A stretch of DNA of 61,742 bases, counting the filler, from Hausera hauseri (Eukaryota), in NCBI GenBank assembly GCA_046269625.1. It is 10 parts of 10 records of this genome, joined end to end, with 100 filler letters (N's around TTAATTAATTAA, not from the genome) between each part and the next. Parts side by side here need not be neighbours in the genome. Positions count along the whole stretch, not along the records: positions 35,656 to 41,472 come from JBJURY010183972.1; positions 41,573 to 47,461 come from JBJURY010173417.1; positions 47,562 to 57,280 come from JBJURY010302166.1; 7 more parts are not named here. One strand, given 5' to 3'. Position 1 is the stretch's first letter, and the number at the start of each line of letters is the position of its first letter. Under the pieces are notes generated by a model that worked only from the letters and a program-made list of their open reading frames with translations, ran no database searches and was not told the DNA's origin. Shown piece after piece: positions 39,471 to 50,590 of this stretch. The position numbers and the translations under genes were made by a program.

Positions 39471-40983
39471 TCAGACAGGCCAAGTGCACTGGTTTCTGTT
39501 CTTTTTATCTTCACTTTCGACATCAGCTCCTCGTTCAATAAAATGTTTCACCACATCGAAATGTCTTCCAATTGTTACTCTATGGATTGGATTTTCATTG
39601 AAATTATTCTGGCACTCAATATCCGCACCATGATCAATAAGGTATTGTACAACATCAAAATGACCATTGTCCAAAGCCAAATGAAGGGGTCTTTCTCGAT
39701 TCTTAACTTGCGGTTCAAAATTCGCGCCATATTGGATTAAAACCTCTAAAACCTTCAAGGAACTTTTTGAAGCAGCTTTGTGTATCGGTCGAGATTTTAA
39801 ATAAAGATCGACAGTGTTCTCGGATTTATAGAATGCCGTGCGTTGTGCATAACCAGTTAGTGATGACCAATTACCAGATTTCTTTTCAAACCTATTTACG
39901 CAGTCTACACTAAGTCCATTTTGTAAAAATAATTCCAGAAATTCAACATGTTCCTCGTTACACGCAATCTGAATAGGCGTGTCACCATTAGTGTCTTCAC
40001 AATCAGTATTTGACCCAGACTTCATGAGGTAGTCCACCACAGCAACATGACCCCGATATGATGCCATATGAATGGCGGATCGTTTGTTTTTATCTTGACT
40101 TTCAATATCCACATCTTTTCGAACGAGTATTTTAACTACAGATAAATGGCCATTGTAAGCTGCTTTGTGAATTGGTCTTTCTAAGTCCTCGCCTTTATAT
40201 TTCATATCAGCACCGGTATTTATCAAAAATTCCACAACATCGGAATTACCACTAGACGACGCCATGTGAATGGGTCTAAGTTTGTTCTGATTCTGACATT
40301 CAACATCAGCACTGTTGGTGAACAACAAACTCACCGCTGATAATTGACCATTATTCGCTGCTTTATGAATGGGTCTTTCATTACACATTATGGCATTCAA
40401 TGTCTGCCTGATGATCTATCAAAAACTGCATGATATCGACGTGATCGCCGGCAGCGGCCAGATGAATCGCTCTATTTTTAATTATGTCAAAACTGTCAAT
40501 ATCTACTCCGTGTTTAACAAGCAACTTTACAGCATCTGTTAATCCCTGACTTGTAGCTACATGGATCAGATTAGAATTAGAATTCTCTATTTCAATATTC
40601 GCCCCACTGTTCACAAGAAATTGAATTAATTAAATGTTTCTACTTTTCATAGCTTTGAAAATCGGAGATTCGTCATTATTATCCATACATTCGATGTCTA
40701 CGCCTTGATTTATTAAATACTTGACAACCTTTAACTGACCCTTTTCGGCTGCCATATGTATTGGTCTTCGTTTGTTAATGTTTACACATTCGATATCGAC
40801 ACTGCTGTCCCATTTAAAAATTGTTCCATTACCCCATACTGCTGATAGCTGATTGTCTCTGTAAATAATCCGAAAAACAAAATCACAGTTGCGATGGTTT
40901 GATACTAAATCATCATCCGCATGAGATTCTTCACTTTTTGTTTCCGATGACGTTTCAACAGCACGTTTACGTGATCTTTTCAT
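39471..40983 (-). pseudogene. Intronless multi-ankyrin-repeat gene, frameshifted into three ORFs
   Basis: More than ten 33-aa repeats of the form RPIHxAAxxGHxxVVxxLIxxGADIE; basic N-terminus MKRSRKR. Confidence 0.9.
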
Positions 40984-42455
40984 ACTAGATAAAAGATTAG
41001 ATGGAATAGGTCTTTTCCGTTTCGTTGTCGTGTTGTTTTCTTTATATATCGGAGAATTAATACTTTTAGGACGTGAGAGTTTGGGAAAACCCTTTGCGGT
41101 GTCTCTAATATGAAAGAATGGGGGTCTAAAGTTTCATCGGGCTCTAAGCCATTTTATAAACAAATAAGAAAGTGCAATAAATGACCACCGGACGGAAAAT
41201 GTAGAGGAGGTTGTTGAACACCGACTTGCTTACAAACCATACCCGCACAACTGTAAACAGGCAGGAAAGAGGCATTAGTGTTTCACTGATAAGTTGCAGC
41301 CTCGCATTTGTCACAGGTGTAAGTGGCTAATTTCGCGAAAGGTTTAACTTGAGTAGTAACAGTTTAAATTTTAATAAGGTGGCCAAATTTATCAGATAAA
41401 AAATATTGCCAGTTGCAACAGTTGATACAAAATTTATAGCAATAAAATAAGCTTCATGCCTTCTCAATAATTNNNNNNNNNNNNNNNNNNNNNNNNNNNN
41501 NNNNNNNNNNNNNNNNTTAATTAATTAANNNNNNNNNNNNNNNNNNNNNNNNNNNNNNNNNNNNNNNNNNNNTTCGCCCGTGATGTAGTTGTAGTGTGTG
41601 TTGCCTGTAACGTTTTCTGTGTTAGATGTGCCTAACGAAGACTTCGTTGGTCGTAACGTAGTTTCTTTTGTCTTTTTTCACCATCCTCGTAAGACTTCAT
41701 CACCCAGTTTATATTTTTTTCCCACTACTCCATTGTACAACATATATACGGCATGTCCTCCCGAAATGTTAAATATATACGGCAACAAGGCGGAAGATAT
41801 CGTCAAATCCAATGTCACTAAAAAATGATGTATCGTACAAGGAAAGAATAAGTGACGGACATTTTTCACGATGTCTAGCGGCTGGACAAAGAAGCAGAAA
41901 CAGTTCTGTTGTCTTTCCCTTCAGATGCCATTTGGTTAACCCACCAGGCAGTTTACTGTTGAACTACGTCTGGCTTTCTTTGCTTCAAACTCCAGAAATT
42001 GCAAAATTCTCCATCTGTTGACTTCTTATCACATGCCCACATAGTTTTGCTTGCTCTTTTTTTAATGCCACTAGTAAGTCTGTGCTGTTTTATAACTTCA
42101 CTCGGGACATTTTGACTTGTTTTCTTTGCTGTCAAATGTGATAGAATCCTATCACTCCACTGAGTGGATGGCCGGATATAGTGAGGTTGAGTGGCCGAAC
42201 TCACCAAATTGGTTCGGACAATGTCACCCTTAACTTTCGTGACTCGCACTCTTGGCTTTCGTGATCCTCGTACTTCTGTGCTACGTTGTGACGAATCAAC
42301 CCAAGTAACTGCTGAGGATACAGGATCTCCTGCTTAAACTTGTCCTAGCACACATGTCTCAACCACTAATAAGATGAACACACAAAACTCCACATAGGAG
42401 GAACCTGACATGAAGCCTTGCATTAATTAAATATAATTTTATAAGATTTAATAAA

Positions 42456-44033
42456 TCATCTCATAGAAAATTGACAACATGACATTAGAATTAGACAGAC
42501 CGACATGAATTTAACAAAACCAACATAAACACATTTAAATTACCCTTAGACCACTGCCGGAATTCTTTCCTCCTCTTGAATTACAATATTCTTCTTCACA
42601 GTGACCTCGAACTCCATCATCACGACAGTTCAGTCTTTTGTTTGGACGGTGTAATATATAGCTCAGTCAAAAACCAATTCATACTGGGAAGACAGTAATT
42701 CACGCTGCTGCAAAAGATATAATTCTTCACAAAACCACACACTGGATCAGGATATCTGGGAACAGGCTGGATTACAGGTAAGACTTCAACAGCATACACG
42801 AGACTGGAACTAGACTCTCTTCAGACCCACAGTAGGCCCGAACTCTGGAACGTGGTTAGACAGTAAGAAACATCTGGAGCATCTTCAAACGATAACATAC
42901 TCGAACTGGACTGGAACTCGAACGATGATATGGCGGTGATATGGCGACAGAATTGACAAAACAGAACTGGAAACCAAGTTAACTGACAATATATGATTGT
43001 TATCTATTGATGGGTGTCAGACTTCAAATAATGGTTGGCTTCAACACAAACATGAATGACGAACAGAATAACAGCTGAGAATCTTGGGTTTTGAGCGTGG
43101 CGGAATATCAATCTGATTTGGAACAATTTGACAAAACGCGCCTCTTTGAAATTAAAGTTATAGCACTGATTCTGAATAAACTCTTCTGACAGCTTCACAA
43201 AGACCTTACTAGTAGACATATAATTTCTCACAATATCAATCTCCTTTTTCTTAAATCTCTCTCCAAAATAACGACAGTTGCTTTAGACAATTCGTAATGT
43301 ACCTCTACTGTGTACTTCTCTCTGCACAGTCAAAATATCAATTCTCTTTCAACAAAGACTTTGTATTTTACGCGTTGAATGTTTCAACAACACATTTTCT
43401 CCTCAACCGTTAGCTATTCAAAAATTCTCACATAAGACCAATCGCTTCAATAGTATTGTTTACAGCCCAGAAGTAACCACACCTGACCTACATCTGAGTT
43501 TTCAGGTATGTTACGTTCACTCGTAACAAGCCTGACGCGTGACGAACTGAGCACACACGTTCCGCCAAGCATGACTATGTTTATACATGTTTTTCTCATA
43601 GCTGAATTCTTATTATAGCAGATCATTCAAAAATGTACACACTGTTCTGCTAAGCATACTCACGCAACTTCTTGATGCTAATATGTAGATTCCCCGTTTT
43701 AAACATAAACGCTGCATCAAACTGATGATTGGAAACACGCCTCAGGAATCTACTAGAATACACTTTTGTAGATTGACGAAACACAACAGTATGTACGTGT
43801 AGGCCTCCCACATAGAGACTTTCTTGTTCAAACACAAGAAATCAACTGCTAAATTAAAAAACGACTTGCTTCTTCCTTGCTAACAGCCAAGTCTCGGTGT
43901 CGACCTACTCGGTCAAAAATCAACAACCAACAGTCTTCTTAACTCATTTCGCCAGTCCAAAAATAGCTTCCGTCTTTTCACATGGTCAGCGTGAAATCGT
44001 GCAAAGCGTAAACTGGTGCGTTCAGCTTTGAGC
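42456..44033. repeat. Copy 1 of a ~1.57-kb diverged direct repeat (LTR-like, non-coding)
   Basis: Colinear with 45890-47461 from tcatctcatagaaaattgac to gttcagctttgagc. Confidence 0.9.
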
Positions 44034-44059
44034 GATCCTTCTGGAATGTACCAGAAATC

Positions 44060-44760
44060 TAGGGAAAGTTTACCCAGTCCAAGCCTGAGCTTCTTTATTT
44101 TCCCCTTTCATTTTTCTTGTCTCCCTTCTGTTTATTTTCTCAAATGTTTCTAACATAACACTTCGTCTTTCTTTCCTACCACAGAATCCATGCCATCTGA
44201 GCCATCTTCCATCGCCTTCTTTATTTATGTCAAGAAGTACATGCTTGTTCTCAGAATGTTTATATTGCCGCATGTCTTCTCAAATCTATGAATAAGACAC
44301 ACTGCATGCTGTTTAGTTCATTTGTTTGTTCCATTATTTGTCTGAGTATAAATATCTGATTCTTGCAGGATTTACCTTTGCCATTTCGTCAGCTTACCTT
44401 CAACCGCGTTGCTAATTCTGTGGAGAATTATGCAGTTAAATTTTTTGCTACTGAGTGTCAATAGTGTTATTTCACATTTGCCTTTCTTGGGTATTTGAAC
44501 TATCAGTCCTGTTTTCCACTCTTCTAGGGCTTTTCTTCCCTGATTTGCAATTTTTTTTTTTTTAATCAGGCATCCCTGTATCCTTTGCATTTAAAATCAT
44601 CAGCATTTGCTTCATCTTCTCCAGGTGCTTTCCAGGTTTTAGCTTTCTCGTTGATTCTTTTACTTCTAGCATTTTTGGGCCTGTGTTTGTTTTTCCTGTT
44701 ATATCTGCGGCTACTTGTGGTCGAGGTCTGTTCACTAAGCTATTGAAGTATTCTTCCTAT
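44060..44760 (-). mobile_element. RTE-like LINE reverse transcriptase remnant
   Basis: KTWKAPGEDE..ADD, EEWKTGLIVQIPKKG..ITLL..SKKF..IILHRI..KL. Confidence 0.65.
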
Positions 44761-45179
44761 TGAAAGTGCATAGGTGGATCTGGCCTTAAAGCCAAGCATT
44801 GCGCTAATGCCTTGAGATCCTGGACCACTCCTAGACACCTACGAGATGGCAGCAAAGCCAAAGTACTACAGTCCTTCTTTCAACTATAACAGCCCTCTTC
44901 AGTGCTCATCCAGAAGAGCTGATAGCTCAGTGAGGAGGGGCTGTCGTGCGTCATGAACTCGAGAATTCTAGGCACGGTGCAAGGGAGAAAATTCAGGAGG
45001 CTACGGGGTTTCAAGCAACTGCAGTCATGGCTGTGACAATCGCAATGCAATGGCTCGCGACTCTAACTTATACTCATGAGTTATTTCAGGAATATGCGCT
45101 AAAAATTTAATATGGAGGAACACAAAAAATCAATGGTTCGATTCTGTTTGTCCAGAGATCTTAGTTAATAGGCCCTCGT

Positions 45180-45377
45180 GTGTTATGTTACAAACGATCT
45201 ACTGTTCAGCGGTCACCTATCAGGGCAGTTGTTTTCATCTTCGTCCTTGGTCATGCTGGGGTTAGGGGCAGTGAGGAAGCTGAGATGACAGACTCCGCAT
45301 ATATGATAGACGGCCAGGGGCAGACTGGAGCTTTAAAGCGGCCCAGGCATTATTTACAGATGCGTCAATTAATTTGA
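45180..45377 (+). mobile_element. RNase H fragment of a LINE (I/Nimbus-like)
   Basis: FIFVLGHAGVRGSEEA resembles W(V)PGHxGxxGNExAD. Confidence 0.45.
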
Positions 45378-45889
45378 CCAGCACTGCGTACAATATGATG
45401 CTTCTACGTGCATAATATTATTCAATAGAACAAAATAGGCCCACCGGGCATTGCCCAAATGCCAGATAGGCCAGTCCGCCACTGTAGACGGCCCATCAAT
45501 AGAGCGAGCCGACATCGTGAAAGTCTTCAAATTTGTTCGCCACGTGGACGCCAGTGAAAGCGAAAAGACAACTGCCCTGTTCAGGGTGAGAGAACTTTGC
45601 ATTAAATACAGGCATGGATAACATGAAAGAGATATTAGGAGGATTGTGAATCAATACCATTCCAACCTATCTTCTGGCATCCCCTGCGGCTCTTCCGATT
45701 CCCAGTTGTATCGCTTTGTCTTTCCCTGGGTCAAATCAGTGGACACGAGAGGGGGGTAGTGCAACGTGGGCATGGCACTTCCTCCATATTGTTAGCCCAG
45801 GCAAGCAGAAATTAATACAGGTGTAACCTGTTCATATTGTGGCAGAATCTGTAAGTCAAACATTGGTAAGTTTAATAAGCTTCAATTAG

Positions 45890-47461
45890 TCATCTCATAG
45901 AAAATTGACAATATAACATTAGAATCAGACAGACCGACATAAAGTTAACAAAACCAATATAAACACATTTAATGTACCCACAGACCACTGCAGGAATTCT
46001 TTCCTCCTCTTGAATTACAATATTCTTCTTCACATTGACATCGAACTTCTTCAACCCGACAGTTCAGTCTTTTGTTTGGACTGTTTAATATATAGCTCAG
46101 TCAAAAACCAGTTCGTACTCGAAGGACAGTAATTCACGCTGCTGCATGAGATTCAGTTCTTCACCAAACCACACACTGGATCTGGATATCTGGGAACAGA
46201 CTGGACTACAGGTAAGACTTCAACAGCATACACAAGACTGGAACTGGACTCTCTTCAGACCGAAATCTGGAACGTGGTTAGACAGTAAGAAACATCTGGA
46301 GCATCTTCAAACAATGACATACTCAAACTGGACTGGAAACTCGAACAATGTATTCTCTGGTGACATGACGACAGAATTGACAAAATAGAACTGGAAACCA
46401 GGTTAACTGACAACTTATGATTGTTATCTCTCGATGGGTGTCAGACTTCAATTAATGGTTGGCTTCAACACAAACATGGATGACGAAGAGAATAACAGCT
46501 GAGAATCTTGGGTTTTGAACGTGGCTGAATGTCAACCTGATCTGGAACAATTTGACAAAACGCCTCTCTTTGAACATAAAGTTATAGCATTGATTCTGAA
46601 TAAACTCTTCTGACAGTTTCATAAAGACATTACTAGTAGACATATACTTCTCATAATATCAATCTCCTTTTTCTTAAATCTCTCTCCAAAATAACGACAG
46701 TTGCTTTAGACAATTCGTAACGTACCTCTACTGTGTACTTCTCTCTGCACAGTCAAAATATCGATTCTCTTTCAACAAAGACTATATTTTACACGTTGAA
46801 TTTTCCAGCAATACATTTTCTCCTCAACCGCTGGCTATTTATAAAATTCTCACATAAGACCAATTGCTTCAATAGTATTGTTTACAGCCCAGAAACAACC
46901 AACCTGACCTAAATCTGGTTTTCGGGTACGTTACATTCACCCGTAACGAGCCTGATGCGTGACGAACTGATCACACACGTTCAGCTAAACATGACCCTGT
47001 TTATACATGTTTTGTCACAGCTGAATTCTTCACACAGCAGACCATTCAAAAATTTACAACACTGTTCTGTTAAGCATACTCACGAAACTTCTTGATGCTA
47101 ATATGTAGATTCCCCGTTTCAAACATAAACGCTGCATCAAACCGATGATTGGGAACACTCCTCAGAAATCTACGAGAAAACACTTTTGTAAATTGACGAA
47201 ACACAACCGTATTTTCGTGTCAGTCTCCCACATAGAGACTTTCTTGTTCAAATGTATACAAGAAATCAACTGCTTGAATCAAAAACGACTTGTTTCTTTC
47301 ACTGCTACCAGCCAAGTCTCGGTGTCGACCTACCTGGTCGAAAATCAACAACCAACTGTCTTCTTAATTCATTTCGCCAGCCCAAAAAAATGGCTTCCGT
47401 CTTTTCACATGGTCAGCGTGAAAAACGTGCAAAGCGTAAACTGGTGCGTTCAGCTTTGAGC
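45890..47461. repeat. Copy 2 of the ~1.57-kb direct repeat (runs into the contig end)
   Basis: Colinear with 42456-44033. Confidence 0.9.
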
Positions 47462-47561
47462 NNNNNNNNNNNNNNNNNNNNNNNNNNNNNNNNNNNNNNN
47501 NNNNNTTAATTAATTAANNNNNNNNNNNNNNNNNNNNNNNNNNNNNNNNNNNNNNNNNNNN

Positions 47562-47688
47562 TCTGTCCATTTCCATTTAATTCCCTTTTTAAGTAGGCGA
47601 TAAAGGGGTGCATTTATTCTTGAATTATCTGGCACATAAGTTGCATAATATCCGCATAGTTCTAGTCAATGCCTTAACTCTTTCTGTT
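47562..47688 (-). pseudogene. RT connection segment joined directly to the post-protease region (RT core deleted)
   Basis: QKELRH*LELCGYYATYVPDNSRINAPLYRLLKKGIKWKWT, near-identical to C1 5690-5815. Confidence 0.88.
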
Positions 47689-47805
47689 GTATTTGTGCAT
47701 AAATTATTAACTCTGTTCTAGGTGGAATGTTCTCATCTACTGGTATCCACAATTTTCCAAATTTCCTATCCTTAGCCTTTTTTACGTCTTTATTTGGTCT
47801 AATTT

Positions 47806-48294
47806 CTAATTTCCTGTTTGTAAATTAATTGCTATATTTGGTAGTCTTTTCAGTAGATCACATCCTAAAACTACGTCGTCAGTTAGTTGTTCCATAACTG
47901 CAAATTCGTGACAGAAAAACTGTCCAGCAATTTGAACTTCTGGATTCCATTTAAACATCGGTTTCGACATTTGGCCAAAAGCTCCTGTACTTCCTGGATC
48001 TTTTGAAGATGATGGGTATAATTGTCTTCTCAACGTTTGAGGTATTGATTCATTTTTGATGTAGGACATCTCGGAACCTGTATCGATTAATGCATAAATT
48101 TCCAAATCTTTAATAGTAATTTTGGTGAAGGGTCTTCCTTCTATTACTGTTCCGAAAGAGTTTGATGCAGCTTTTGGGCGTTTAACTGCCGATATTTTAT
48201 GTCCATTGATTCGGATTTCTGGGGAGGAAATCATATTTTCTGACAATTGTTTTAGTTCTCCGTTTGGATATAATTCATTGTTTTCTATATTCAA
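47806..48294 (-). CDS. Retroviral-type aspartic protease
   Basis: IYALIDTGSEMSYI ... DDVVLGCDLL. Confidence 0.93.
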   Translation of the reverse strand: MNIENNELYPNGELKQLSENMISSPEIRINGHKISAVKRPKAASNSFGTVIEGRPFTKITIKDLEIYALIDTGSEMSYIKNESIPQTLRRQLYPSSSKDPGSTGAFGQMSKPMFKWNPEVQIAGQFFCHEFAVMEQLTDDVVLGCDLLKRLPNIAINLQTGN

Positions 48295-48789
48295 TACTTC
48301 CGCTTCCTGTGTACTAATTAATGGTTCTCGGTTGTTAGTATGTTATATATTCTGAAAAGTTTTTAACCTTGGATTTTCCCAGAGTAGTAGTCTAGTTTCT
48401 ATATTTCGGGGTTCTCTCGGGAAATATAACATTCTGGGGTCGTCGAGGGGCCGTCGATAACACATTTTCCGTAGGACTCCGTAACGTTTCGTTCCTTCAT
48501 AAGGGTCTTCTAAACTAATTATCCTTTTATAGATTTCCATCTGATATGAATTTATGGATCGTTTGTCACAGTCTTCATAGACCGGGGTGGTAGTTGGTAG
48601 CATAGCCAATGGTGCTTTAATGATCGAATACGTTTTATGCCTGTTGGTTCCTGAAAGTACTTCTCCTCCCTTAGGCTCATCATCATCTGAATTATTTCGT
48701 CGTATATTAGGTTTTGTAAGTTTCCGTTTATACAATAACATAGGCCTTCCTTTTCGTTTACGATTATAATATCCGACATAGCGTTCCAC

Positions 48790-50590
48790 GTCCGATTCTC
48801 TTCGTATGATTTTAAGAATTTCCCAAAAGGCGTTATGATAGCAGTCAGTATTTTACATGAAAATCCGGTCAACGTAAATATTTCGTACCCGTTAATTATT
48901 GCTGGGATGACTGCCTTATTCATTTGTATTAAAAAATATATCGCTAAGAATCCATATACGGCTTGTCCAAAAATCAAAAATCTTCCCAAAATTTTGCAGA
49001 GTATTTGGGTAGTTAATCGCTGATAATGGTTTACTACGGGCAAGGATTCCCATTTAGCTTGATGTCGAGTATCGTCTACTACAGAGGCCATGGCTCGATT
49101 TAATTTGTGTGTCCGCTGTCGCGGAAAAGCGAGGAATTGTCTGAAAGCTTCGCTTTCCTTAGGTCTATATATGCCTTTTAACGAGGTATCTTGGAATTTG
49201 TCGTCTGTAATTCCTTTTGCAAGATTTGTTCCTGTTAATTTGTTTGGAGCGGCAGTAATACCCCCATTTGGTAAACTAACCCAATCCGTTTCACTTCGTC
49301 TAAAAATGGGTTCTCCTAGGCTTGCTTTACAATCTTTAAGGATCGTCGGTTCCGGTGCATTGTCTAATAGCACTCTAGTGAGTGGCATAGCTAACCTTGG
49401 ACTATTTTGGTAAATAAAGGGAAGTTCTTGCATGCAGCGTTTTCCTTCAACGTTAATTGGCACATCTCTTTTCTCACATTTGTAAGTTAATAGTACTTCA
49501 CCAGTAATACGACCAAAAATTCCTTCTCTCATGGGAATTATTGGCATAAATAAAAGCCATTTTTGTCCTCATGATTTCCATGTCCAATTTACAATCATTA
49601 TTCCTACTTGCGCTTTGTAATAGAAGTAATCGTCTCTGTTTTTCAGATAGTCCTCAATTCGGATATCTTGCGTTTCTAACTTGTAAGTCTTTAAATTTAT
49701 CTCCGTCTCCGCGACAAAAATGCTTTGTAATTGATGGCGAACATCACTACCTGGCAACGTGAAATCAATTCTTTCTTAATGAATTTTAGTCCATGTTAAT
49801 TGGAAACTAATATCGTACGTGTATGATGCTCCAGAATGTCCTCGCGTTTTCTTGAACTGATGATGGAATTGTCTACATATCGTTTTCTGGTAGTTTCGTT
49901 AAATTTCAATTCTCTAATTTTGATAAAATTACAGCTTTTCCCAGGGCGGTTGCCATATTATAACCGAACTTCTAAAAGCACAAGTTCCGTCTTGTATATG
50001 ACATTTTCGATTTTTGGTATATAGCTTGGTAACACTGTGGAACATCGTTTTCTGTGCTCGCATTTCTGATTCATAGAAATCTACAACCACAACGTTTGCC
50101 TCTAATCCTTTTCCAGTGTCATATTCGGCTCCATTGCATTGTCCATTGTGCATATCCAATCTTCCGACTCCTATTTTGTATGCTCTTATTATTTTTCCCG
50201 GTTGCGTCTCTATTTCCATGCTATCCCAATTTAACTTCCCGGTCTCTCTGGTCTGCTTGCAATGCTGATGTTCCAAATTCATTGGTATTGGAGGAGTCGT
50301 TGGTTTAATTATCGGTGAATGTCCGTGCATTAGCCCACAGTAAAAAATGCTACGAGATCGTCTCAACATACATTCCATTCCGTCTAATGAAATCAATTTT
50401 TGTTGCTGGTATAAAAAATAATTTTTCTCTATTGTTTCCAATTTGTGCGGTTTGCGTCTTCGCACGATTCGAGATCCATCAACGAATACTTCTGTCCGAG
50501 CTTAAACCTGTCGCAATCGTAAATAGTAACGGCACCCATTTGTTTAACCAACATCATTATAGTGAGTAAGCTAATTAGCCAGTTGGACTC
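48790..50590 (-). pseudogene. env: Envelope glycoprotein, chuvirus-G/gB-like (class III fusogen), copy 1
   Basis: Internal signal WLISLLTIMMLVKQMGA, then YDC..YSLMDLESC, CMLRRSRSIFYCGLMHGHS, GQCNGAEY, GEVLLTYKC, RCMQELP, KGIYRPKESEAFRQFLAFP; TM FLIFGQAVYGFLAIYFLI. Confidence 0.82.
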
